From Macrostomum lignano (Eukaryota): a stretch of 64,000 nt of DNA. Below are positions 26,231 through 38,300 of the stretch, piece by piece. The stretch's first letter is position 1, and every line of letters starts with the position of its first letter. A program made the position numbers and the translations under genes. The notes under the pieces were generated by a model. That model was not told the origin of the DNA and did not search any database. It worked only from the letters and a program-made list of their open reading frames with translations. The stretch covers positions 248,001-312,000 of the forward strand of contig NIVC01000262.1 of NCBI GenBank assembly GCA_002269645.1, written 5' to 3'.

Positions 26231-26419
26231 TTCTAAATAAGAGTGTTAATCAGATAAAAATGAAGCACTGGCCATCATTTTCAATCTTTCAAAAAGAACT
26301 GAGAAGATTTGAGATCATTGCCAATCATCTTTGGCATCAAGAAGTACTGCAGCCATATCTACGGCTAGAAGATTCACTATCATCACCAATCACCAGCCTC
26401 TCTGACAAGTGTCTTTGGG

Positions 26420-26580
26420 CCAAAGAATGGCCAACCCCCAAGGCAAAGTACATGCCAAAACAAGAGTAGATATCTGCGCGCTTGAGTGCCTGCTCAGAGA
26501 AGTTAGTGGACTGGGCAGTAATGCCTCTAGCCAGTTGTGTGACAATGTCGCTTAAAGTGCACCAGGGTTCACACAGCCCC
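26420..26580 (+). mobile_element. 5'-truncated SINE copy, inverted relative to 25890-26230
   Basis: The reverse complement of 26466-26576 aligns over about 110 bp with 25892-26005. Confidence 0.7.
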
Positions 26581-29500
26581 TTGCATGTCTGCAGCAGTGA
26601 GCGCTCACATGAACGACCTATAACCAAAATTTACTATAAGAACACCAACTAACATAGTAATGCCTATTTCCTGTCATGGCTAGCCTGGCAACCCAGGCGG
26701 AATCAGAGGACTTAAGTAGCGTGTTCTGTGCTAAAGAAGAGGCGTTAATTTTGCTTTAGGGTTTTTTTAAATGTAAGTTGCATTTTTGCCCAAAAACTAC
26801 GTCGCATTTTTGTTAAAACTAAGTTGCATGGCTGACTGAATTTTGGAGGTTGCACATGTATGACTAGTCACATAGAGGGCCAGACCTACTTCCTAGAAGT
26901 AGATACATAACATATTCCAACTGGCTATACATGGCTGGCAAACTGACTAGGAACTCTAAAATTATATTATTGACTAGACTTTTACCAATGGGATAAAAGG
27001 GGAACATCTGCAGTCTACAATTAATATATTGGTCTTTGTCTGGCCATGGTGAATGCACATATATTGTAAAAGTTGTCTTGCTGCAACCTGCAACCCCTAG
27101 AAGCTAAGTTAGGATTGTGTTTTCTTTATTTATTTATTATAACTACTAGCTATAGCTATAGAAAATTATGGGAATAAAAGAAAGTGCAATATAATAGCTT
27201 GTATAAAACTATTTTTCTCAATGGAATTTTCTTGGAATATATTCAGACAAAACAAGCATAAAAATACAAATCTTTTGTATTTAATAGATAACTCTTGCAA
27301 AGTTGCACCTTATATTCATTGTCATATTTTCTATATTTATGTTTTTTCTACTTAGGCAACAAGGAGGTTGAATGATCAAAGCAAGAAAGAAAAGAAATAA
27401 AGGGAAAACATAAGAAAAAAGAAAAAGAAAACAAAAAATAAGTTGCAACTAGAGCCAATTAAATATGTATATAATCTTTCTAAGATCAGATCAAGCTAAT
27501 CAATTGTAGTATCTTTATTAGGTTCCTAGACATTTTATTATTTACCACTTTGTCATTAACTACCTAGTATTGCTTACTTTGTTATCTACTAATCAAATAA
27601 GTAAGAAATGACTATGAAATAGTATTTTATAATGGCTATTGGCAATAAAGGGGACTATGTAACTTATGGAGTACAAAATCTAAAATTGAATATAATTCTA
27701 ACAAAAATACTATAAATTTTAGAAAGCCCTCATATCTTAACTAAACTAGACAATAGACAATGGCAAACTTACTTTATAAATTGATTTATAAATTATTTGT
27801 ACTACAAAGATAGTCTAATATTATAAATTGATTTATAAATTATTTGTACTACAAAGATAGACTAATATAACATGCATAGCATATATGTGCAACTATTAGT
27901 CAACCTAGCCAATCTAGCCACCAGTAATTGTGAATAGATCAGGGATAAATCACAAAAATGACTACCCAAAAAATGCAGACATAGTTAGATAATAAGGCAT
28001 TTTTATGCTTAAGCTATTTTACATGCACTGCCTTAAAATATGAAACAAAATAACTCTTTAAATCCTATTAAGTCATATAGGCGATATAGCCTATGGCTAT
28101 AGCCTTATGTAAAATATTAAAATATACATTCCCAGTTGTCTGAAACAAGACTTCTTTTATTTACAGGTAAGTCGCCTTTTAGGTCAAAAAGTAAGACACA
28201 CGGCCAGTATAATTAAGGGGGTTGCGCATGGTAGGCCTACCATTCAATTTCAAGCATAGAAACTTAGAAAGCACTCTACTATGGTCAATACTCAATAGAA
28301 GCCAAAAGCCAGATGTTTCAACTAGAAATAATTATTTTTTAGAAATGACAGTAGGCTAGAAATAGAAATACGCATTTTTCTTTTACCCAACATGTCTAAA
28401 TTTATAGAACAAATAAAATAAAGCAAGCAAAAACGACATGCAACTTTGATGCTTTATAAAATTTCAATTCTTATTTTCTAGAATTAAAAAATTTAGAAAA
28501 TACAGTAAATATTTTACAAGCTAAAACAAATATGTAATTTAACTATTATGATTGTTGAGTAAAAAAGAGTTTTTTTATAATGTCAATTAAAATTAATAAA
28601 TAAATAAAACTTATAATGTGGGCTATTGATCAACATAAATTTAATGCAATGTATTGTAATCGTTAAGAGAAGCTGGGTTGGTTTCACAAATGCGAAATTT
28701 CATAACCGCCAATTTTTTGAAGTCACTCTCATAAACGCGAAACTTCACAAGCGCGAAACTTCACAACCGCTAAATCACCTACTTTCATAAGCGCTAAATT
28801 TCATAAACGCGAAACTTCACAACCGCTAAATGTCATCTCTACTTTCACAACCGCGAATTGCTTCATAACCGCGAAACTTCACAACCGCTAAATGTTTTGC
28901 ACTTACTTCTATACGGCAGTCTTTTTAGCGGTACATACAGGCAATATACTACATACATACAACCAGACGTATTTGTGTAATCTGTTAGGTAGGGTTTCGA
29001 CCGTTAAAAAGGGTCGATTGTTTAACTTTTAAGGTACGATTACGTTCGTAGCGTTCGCTATAGTTACTTATTAAATGTAGTACAGATCTCGCAACCGCTA
29101 GATCGATCCGCTAGCTGTGCATTCTAATCAAGACAATTGGAAGTGTTTACCATGTAATGCCCCAGTTAGACAATATAGTTTTCAGACTGTCACACACTAT
29201 AGTGTTACTCTGTTACCGATCAAGAGCCAACCTATAACAAATTTACTGCTCGGAAGAAGCAAATTACAGTTTCTTCTTTTGGTTGCTTTAGAAAATTTCT
29301 TTAAGATCTACAATCGTTCGCACCATTGCTGAAACTTTTAGCAGTATTAGAGTCACGCACGTAATCTCTGGCGCACCCATCTCTATACAACGTCATTTTG
29401 TTGATCAGCTGCTTCTATTTAATACACAGCGAAATAAAAAAGACACATTGACCCTACGAAAACAACAACTATATATAGCTAGCTGTAACCACCCTGCATT

Positions 29501-29904
29501 AATTACAAAAAGCCCTTTCCTTAAGTCTCACTCAGTCTTTTCCAGCCTTCAACAAAACAAATATCTCGCTTTGCATAAATTATACAGATTATATTGTTTA
29601 AAATGTACCAGCTTTCTTTCTTTGCATGTGGCAGTTTTTTGTCTCAATGCATGTCAGGTAGGTTTATAGATAACAACGAAGCAGTAGTGCATATATACCT
29701 GTGTAAACTAAGCTATAATTTAAACGAGTCTCGCCCAAAATTTAGTGCACAAAGTGACGTCAAAGCACTGGATGGCGTCAAAGCAAGAAATAATTATTTA
29801 CACATAAAAATTCGAACAATAGAACTTATAACTTTTTATAACTGCAAAGGGTTTCGTGACCTGTACTATTTTCTATCTTTAACTTCCATCGTTAGAAGTA
29901 ATCC

Positions 29905-30290
29905 ATCCCAGAAGTTTCCCATCCCAGAAATTTCCTATCCTAGAAGTTTCCCATCCTAGAAGTTTCCCATCCTAGAAGTTTCCCATCCCAGAAATTTCCT
30001 ATCCTAGAAGTTTCCCATCCTAGAAGTTTCCCATCCTAGAAGTTAATTTTCCCATCCCAGAAGTTTCCCATCCCAGAAGTTTCCCATCCCAGAAATTTCC
30101 CATCCCAGAAGTTTCCCATCCCAGAAATTTCCCATCCCAGAAGTTTCCCATCCCAGAAGTTTCCCATCCTAGAAGTTTCCCATCCCAGAAGTTTCCCATC
30201 CCAGAAGTTTCCCATCCTAGAAGTTAATTTTCCCATCCCAGAAGTTTCCCATCCCAGAAGTTTCCCATCCCCAGAAGTTTCCCATCCCAA
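29905..30290. repeat. 16-bp minisatellite (AAGTTTCCCATCCCAG)
   Basis: Read directly from the sequence. Confidence 0.93.
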
Positions 30291-31069
30291 AGTTTGGCAT
30301 CACAATGGCTTTCAGAACTTTACAAGAACCATCATAGTTGCATGCAAGACCCAATAAAGAGTGTGCGGACAACACAATCTTAATAGTTGATTGACGATAT
30401 ATAGTTATGGAATCTATACTGCACTATTATAGAAAAAGCACCGTAAAATACGAGTATAAATAAGGCAATAAATTTAGTCTAGGTGGAAATATCAGGAGGC
30501 CACCCAAACTGAGGTTAATTCTTGTGGACACAGATGGATCACATCCCAGCCTAATACCAACTCACTCTTCTTTGCATAATGAAGACTGTCAAAAAGAATT
30601 GATAATTGAATAAAGCTGGAATAAAATGAGAAAGGAGACTGGATAGAAAATGAGCGATGATGCTGGCTATCAAAAAGGTAGAGAGGGCTGCGTGAGTTGC
30701 ATTCAATTTCAGTCTGAGGTAATGCGTTTATTTACAAGCGAAACTGCAGTATGCGTGGCCTGTTTATTTTCAAGCCTGCAGTTTATAGGTGAAGGCTGTG
30801 AAATGCAGTAACAACCCCCCCCCCCCTAAGACAGCGACTGCTCACAGGAAGCAATTGAGCAGTCTTAAAAGGCGCTCAGTTGAAATTGTGGACCATCTTT
30901 CACATTTCCCGTCACTTGCGGGGGTTAAACTGAGGGGCTGAGATAGAGGCTTGTGTGCGATTCGGTCTCTATAAAAACCGTTGGATGCGAGTGGTTGGCT
31001 AGGAGTGCTCATGCATGTCTAAATCTAGACATCTATCAATACATCTGGACATTAATACATCAGAATAAG

Positions 31070-32155
31070 ATTAGAGCAACAGCTGTCGCGCGTGATAGCA
31101 AGATGAGAGTGCCAAAAAGGTGAGATTAGAGTGTCGAATAGGAGAGATTAAAGTGCCAAAATAGATGAAGTTAGACTTCCGAATAGATGAGATTAGAGCA
31201 CCCAAAGATATGAGATTAGAGTTTCAAATAGATAACAACGAGATTAGATGAGATTAAAGTGCGAAAATAGAAGAGATTAGAGTTCCCAAATGGATGAGAT
31301 TAGAGCGCCTGAATAGATGAGATTAGAGCGAACAAATGAATTAGATTAGAGCGACCGAATTAATTAGATTAGAGCGCCCAAAATGGATGAGATTAGAGCG
31401 CCCAAATGGATGAGATTAGAGTTCCCAAATGGATGAGATTAGAGCGCCAAATAGATGAGATTAGAGCGCCTAAATATATGTGATTAGAGTGCCCAAAATG
31501 GATGAGATTAGAGCGCCCAAAATGGATGAGATTAGAGCGCCCAAATGGATGAGATTAGAGCGCCCAAATGGATGAGATTAGAGCGCCCAAATAGATGAGA
31601 TTAGAGCGCCCAAAATGGATGAGATTAGAGCGCCCAAAATGGATGAGATTAGAGCGCCCAAATAGATGAGATTAGAGCGCCCAAAATGGATGAGATTAGA
31701 GCGCCCAAAATGGATGAGATTAGAGCGCCCAAATGGATGAGATTAGAGCGCCCAAAATGGATGAGATTAGAGCGCCCAAATGGATGAGATTAGAGCGCCC
31801 AAAATGGATGAGATTAGAGCGCCCAAAATGGATGAGATTAGAGCGCCCAAATAGATGAGATTAGAGCGCCCAAAATGGATGAGATTAGAGCGCCCAAAAT
31901 GGATGAGATTAGAGCGCCCAAAATGGATGAGATTAGAGCGCTCAAATGGATGAGATTAGAGCGCCCAAATGGATGAGATTAGAGCGCCCAAAATGGATGA
32001 GATTAGAGCGCCCAAATAGATGAGATTAGAGCGCCACAAAATGGATGAGATTAGAGCGCCACAAAATGGATGAGATTAGAGCGCCCAAAATGGATGAGAT
32101 TAGAGCGCCCAAATGGATGAGATTAGAGCGCCCAAATGGATGAGATTAGAGCGCC
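31070..32155. repeat. 23/24-bp minisatellite (GATGAGATTAGAGCGCCCAAAATG) with degenerate left edge
   Basis: Read directly from the sequence. Confidence 0.93.
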
Positions 32156-32392
32156 TGTGGCTCATCAAATAGCCTAAGTTTCCAGGCCAATCCAGATTAC
32201 TCGTCAAACCAGCACTCCACGACAAGCGAGTCTACGCCAAGCATCTCTTCCCTTACCCCCCCCCCGCTCAGCTTCTATTTAAGTTGACTCAAAAGCAAAT
32301 TTAAGCAGCGTGTCAGGTGTTGTAAACTTGCTTTCTTTTAGTCGCTTTTATCTTGCTTGTTGGTTTACCGACACCAAACTGATTAGTGTGCC

Positions 32393-35300
32393 ATGTCAGG
32401 TAAGGTTAATGCTAATACATATTAATGTAAATGATTAGTTTGGCAAGCTTCCAATGTATATAGTACTTCCTCTTAGTAAAAAAGTTCAAATAGAGGTTGG
32501 AATTAACGAAAACAAGCTTTATTGATAGTGCTTAGCGTAGTAGTTCTCCGTATTTCTTTGCATTCTGTTTCAATTGCATATATTGTACATGTACTGTATG
32601 CGTTTCTTGGAGACTGCGTCTTTTTAGATAAAGTTCACTGACTTTAATTCCCGTTTTCCCTCTTAAGTCTAACTGTGAATCGCCCTCAGTTCCCTCTGTG
32701 ACTCTCCCTCAGTTCCCTCTGTGACTCTCCCTCAGTTCCCTCTGTGACTCTCCCTCAGTTCCCTCTGTGACTCTCCCTCAATTCCCCCTGTGACTCTCAG
32801 TTCCCTCTGTGACTCTCCCTCAGTTCCCTCTGTGACTCTCCCTCAGTTCCCTCTGTGACTCTCCCTCAGTTCCCTCTGTGACTCTCCCTCAGTTCCCTCT
32901 GTGACTCTCCCTCAGTTCCCTCTGTGACTCTCCCTCAGTTCCCTCTGTGACTCTCCCTCAGTTCCCTCTGTGACTCTCCCTCAGTTCCCTCTGTGACTCT
33001 CCCTCAGTTCCCTCTGTGACTCTCAGTTCCCTCTGTGACTCTCCCTCAGTTCCCTCTGTGACTCTCCCTCAGTTCCCTCTGTGACTCTCCCTCAGTTCCC
33101 TCTGTGACTCTCCCTCAGTTCCCTCTGTGACTCTCCCTCAGCTCCCTCTGTGACTCTCCCTCAGTTCCCTCTGTGACTCTCCCTCAGTTCCCTCTGTGAC
33201 TCTCAGTTCCCTCTGTGACTCTCCCTCAGTTCCCTCTGTGACTCTCCCTCAGTTCCCTCTGTGACTCTCAGTTCCCTCTGTGACTCTCTCTCAGTTCCCT
33301 CTGTGACTCTCCCTCAGTTCCCTCTGTGACTCTCCCTCAGTTCCCTCTGTGACTCTCCCTCAGTTCCCTCTGCGACTCTCCCTCAGTTCCCTCTGTGACT
33401 CTCAGTTCCCTCTGTGACTCTCCCTCAGTTCCCTCTGTGACTCTCCCTCAGTTCCCTCTGTGACTCTCCCTCAGTTCCCTCTGTGACTCTCCCTCAGTTC
33501 CCTCTGTGACTCTCAGTTCCCTCTGTGACTCTCCCTCAGTTCCCTCTGTGACTCTCCCTCAGTTCCCTCTGTGACTCTCCCTCAGTTCCCTCTGTGACTC
33601 TCCCTCAGTTCCCTCTGTGACTCTCAGTTCCCTCTGTGACTCTCCCTCAGTTCCCTCTGTGACTCTCCCTCAGTTCCCTCTGTGACTCTCCCTCAGTTCC
33701 CTCTGTGACTCTCCCTCAGTTCCCTCTGTGACTCTCAGTTCCCTCTGTGACTCTCCCTCAGTTCCCTCTGTGACTCTCCCTCAGTTCCCTCTGTGACTCT
33801 CCCTCAGTTCCCTCTGTGACTCTCCCTCAGTTCCCTCTGTGACTCTCCCTCAGTTCCCTCTGTGACTCTCAGTTCCCTCTGTGACTCTCCCTCAGTTCCC
33901 TCTGTGACTCTCCCTCAGTTCCCTCTGTGACTCTCCCTCAGTTCCCTCTGTGACTCTCCCTCAGTTCCCTCTGTGACTCTCCCTCAGCTCCCTCTGTGAC
34001 TCTCCCTCAGTTCCCTCTGTGACTCTCCCTCAGTTCCCTCTGTGACTCTCAGTTCCCTCTGTGACTCTCCCTCAGTTCCCTCTGTGACTCTCCCTCAGTT
34101 CCCTCTGTGACTCTCCCTCAGTTCCCTCTGTGACTCTCAGTTCCCTCTGTGACTCTCCCTCAGTTCCCTCTGTGACTCTCAGTTCCCTCTGTGACTCTCC
34201 CTCAGTTCCCTCTGTGACTCTCCCTCAGTTCCCTCTGTGACTCTCAGTTCCCTCTGTGACTCTCCCTCAGTTCCCTCTGTGACTCTCCCTCAGTTCCCTC
34301 TGTGACTCTCCCTCAGTTCCCTCTGTGACTCTCCCTCAGTTCCCTCTGTGACTCTCCCTCAGTTCCCTCTGTGACTCTCAGTTCCCTCTGTGACTCTCCC
34401 TCAGTTCCCTCTGTGACTCTCCCTCAGTTCCCTCTGTGACTCTCCCTCAGTTCCCTCTGTGACTCTCCCTCAGTTCCCTCTGTGACTCTCCCTCAGCTCC
34501 CTCTGTGACTCTCCCTCAGTTCCCTCTGTGACTCTCCCTCAGTTCCCTCTGTGACTCTCAGTTCCCTCTGTGACTCTCCCTCAGTTCCCTCTGTGACTCT
34601 CCCTCAGTTCCCTCTGTGACTCTCCCTCAGTTCCCTCTGTGACTCTCAGTTCCCTCTGTGACTCTCCCTCAGTTCCCTCTGTGACTCTCCCTCAGTTCCC
34701 TCTGTGACTCTCCCTCAGTTCCCTCTGTGACTCTCCCTCAGTTCCCTCTGTGACTCTCAGTTCCCTCTGTGACTCTCCCTCAGTTCCCTCTGTGACTCTC
34801 CCTCAGTTCCCTCTGTGACTCTCCCTCAGTTCCCTCTGTGACTCTCCCTCAGTTCCCTCTGTGACTCTCCCTCAGTTCCCTCTGTGACTCTCAGTTCCCT
34901 CTGTGACTCTCCCTCAGTTCCCTCTGTGACTCTCCCTCAGTTCCCTCTGTGACTCTCCCTCAGTTCCCTCTGTGACTCTCCCTCAGTTCCCTCTGTGACT
35001 CTCCCTCAGCTCCCTCTGTGACTCTCCCTCAGTTCCCTCTGTGACTCTCCCTCAGTTCCCTCTGTGACTCTCAGTTCCCTCTGTGACTCTCCCTCAGTTC
35101 CCTCTGTGACTCTCCCTCAGTTCCCTCTGTGACTCTCCCTCAGTTCCCTCTGTGACTCTCAGTTCCCTCTGTGACTCTCCCTCAGTTCCCTCTGTGACTC
35201 TCAGTTCCCTCTGTGACTCTCCCTCAGTTCCCTCTGTGACTCTCCCTCAGTTCCCTATGTGACTCTCCCTCAGTTCCCTCTGTGACCCTCCCTCAGTTCC

Positions 35301-38300
35301 CTATGCGACTTTCCCTCAGTTCCCTCTGTGACTCTCAGTTCCCTCTGTGACTCTCCCTCAGTTCCCTCTGTGACTCTCCCTCAGTTCCCTCTGTGACTCT
35401 CCCTCAGTTCCCTCTGTGACTCTCCCTCAGTTCCCTCTGTGACTCTCAGTTCCCTCTGTGACTCTCCCTCAGTTCCCTCTGTGACTCTCCCTCAGTTCCC
35501 TCTGTGACTCTCCCTCAGTTCCCTCTGTGACTCTCCCTCAGTTCCCTCTGTGACTCTCAGTTCCCTCTGTGACTCTCCCTCAGTTCCCTCTGTGACTCTC
35601 CCTCAGTTCCCTCTGTGACTCTCCCTCAGCTCCCTCTGTGACTCTCCCTCAGTTCCCTCTGTGACTCTCCCTCAGTTCCCTCTGTGACTCTCCCTCAGTT
35701 CCCTCTGTGACTCTCCCTCAGCTCCCTCTGTGACTCTCCCTCAGTTCCCTCTGTGACTCTCCCTCAGTTCCCTCTGTGACTCTCCCTCAGTTCCCTCTGT
35801 GACTCTCCCTCAGTTCCCTCTGTGACTCTCAGTTCCCTCTGTGACTCTCCCTCAGTTCCCTCTGCGACTCTCCCTCAGTTCCCTCTGTGACTCTCAGTTC
35901 CCTCTGTGACTCTCCCTCAGTTCCCTCTGTGACTCTCCCTCAGTTCCCTCTGTGACTCTCCCTCAATTCCCTCTGTGACTCTCAGTTCCCTCTGTGACTC
36001 TCCCTCAGTTCCCTCTGTGACTCTCCCTCAGTTCCCTCTGTGACTCTCAGTTCCCTCTGTGACTCTCCCTCAGTTCCCTCTGTGACTCTCCCTCAGTTCC
36101 CTCTGTGACTCTCAGTTCCCTCTGTGACTCTCCCTCAGTTCCCTCTGTGACTCTCCCTCAGTTCCCTCTGTGACTCTCCCTCAGTTCCCTCTGTGACTCT
36201 CCCTCAGTTCCCTCTGTGACTCTCCCTCAGTTCCCTCTGTGACTCTCAGTTCCCTCTGTGACTCTCCCTCAGTTCCCTCTGTGACTCTCCCTCAGTTCTC
36301 TCTGTGACTCTCAGCTCCCTCTGTGACTCTCCCTCAGTTCCCTCTGTGACTCTCCCTCAGTTCCCTCTGTGACTCTCCCTCAGTTCCCTCTGTGACTCTC
36401 AGTTCCCTCTGTGACTCTCCCTCAGTTCCCTCTGTGACTCTCCCTCAGTTCCCTCTGTGACTCTCCCTCAGTTCCCTCTGTGACTCTCCCTCAGTTCCCT
36501 CTGTGACTCTCCCTCAGTTCCCTCTGTGACTCTCAGTTCCCTCTGTGACTCTCCCTCAGTTCCCTCTGTGACTCTCCCTCAGTTCTCTCTGTGACTCTCA
36601 GCTCCCTCTGTGACTCTCCCTCAGTTCCCTCTGTGACTCTCCCTCAGTTCCCTCTGTGACTCTCCCTCAGTTCCCTCTGTGACTCTCCCTCAGTTCCCTC
36701 TGCGACTCTCCCTCAACTAAGTGCTCCTTCTTCACCTCAAGCAGCAGCCAGAGCTTCAGTGCAGTCTGCCAAGCGCAGTCCGAACACTTCGGCAGTGCAG
36801 CAGCGCCGTCAGAAGACAGCTTCAGCTGCCGCTCAATCCAACGGTTCAAAGACGCACCACCTTCAGCTGGTGGCGGATTCTGACAACTCGAAAGCTGCAG
36901 GGGACGGCGGCGGAGAGGAAGCTGAAGAATCCTGCATACCGGATGTGAAGTGAGCTTCAATGGAAACACTAGCTTTTCTTAGAAAACATTATTTTCTTTT
37001 CAAGCCTCAGTATCTCTCATAGAAACTGAGTTCCCTAGTGGAGACTTGAATTCTCCTATACGCTCATGAATTCGCCATAGCAACCCGAATATCCTACATA
37101 GAAACAGAAATATCGTCCATAGCAACCCGGGTATCCTCCATAGCAACAGAAATATCGTCCATAGCAACCCGGGTATCCTCCATAGCAACCTGAATATCCT
37201 CCATAGCAATCTACATATCCCCCATAGCAACCCGAATATTCTCATATCAACTGGAATATCCTGCATAGCAACCCGAAAATCCTGCATAGCAACCCGAATA
37301 TCCTGCATAGCAACCCGAATACCCTGCATAGCAACCCGAATATCCTGCATAGCAACCCGAATATCCTGCATAGCAACCCGAAAATCCTGCATAGCAACCC
37401 GAATATCCTGCATAGCAACCCGAATATCCTGCATAGCAACCCGAATATCCTGCATAGCAACCCGAATACCCTGCATAGCAACCCGAATATCCTGCATAGC
37501 AACCCGAATACCCTGCATAGCAACCCGAATATCCTGCATAGCAACCCGAATATCCTGCATAGCAACCCGAATATCCTGCATAGCAACCCGAATATCCTGC
37601 ATAGCAACCCGAATACCATCCAAATCCCTCAAACTCGCAGCCGATCCATCCAAGTTCACCCGGGCAAGCGCGGCGGTCGCTACCAGCTGCCGGACGGTGG
37701 CTGCCTGACGATCCCGGAAGCCGGCGGGTTCAGCCGCAACGACAGCATCACCGTCAGCTCGGTGCAACCAACCGAGCTGTCGGACTTCACCGTTCGCCTA
37801 GCCGAGATGGAACGCCTGGTCTCCCCAGTCTATCAGCTCGCCAGCCCCAGCGTGCGCAGTCTAAGATGCCAGCTGGCGTTGAAGCTGCCGTTGAAGCTGC
37901 CAGAAGGCGAGCCAAGCCAGTTCAGTAGACTGCGGCTGCTGCACCGAGGCAGCGGCGGCGGAGCGCCTTGGAAGGAACTTCCGGCCAGCAACCTGGAGGT
38001 GAGGCGCCGACACTTCAAGTGGGACTGTGGCGTCCGTAGATTCGAAAAACAAGTAGAAAATTTCCGTTTCAGCAAAGCCGGTTTTTCCATGGTTTTTTCG
38101 CGGGTTTTCCACAGTTTATCCTTCTGCGAAAAGTTCACTCAGGCTTCTCATAGCCCTCAAGTATGCGATTCGCCCTGTCAAATTGTAAAGTACTCGTGGA
38201 GGAGCTGCTAAAATGCCATGGTTCATTTGGGGGGGGGGATGGCTGAGTTGTCAAGGCAGGCACATGGGAGAGTTGCTGAAACGTTGTAACCCTCAGCAGG

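Noticed and set aside
25892-26580. Long inverted repeat read as MITE TIRs
   Set aside because: Similarity extends inward into SINE body sequence also seen at 55 kb, and there is no TSD; two SINE copies explain it better.
37999-38211. Read-through frame containing HFKW, resembling the PIDD HFSW cleavage motif
   Set aside because: It follows a good GTGAGG donor; the spliced model aligns better with the ZU5 end, and Lys cannot serve as the nucleophile.
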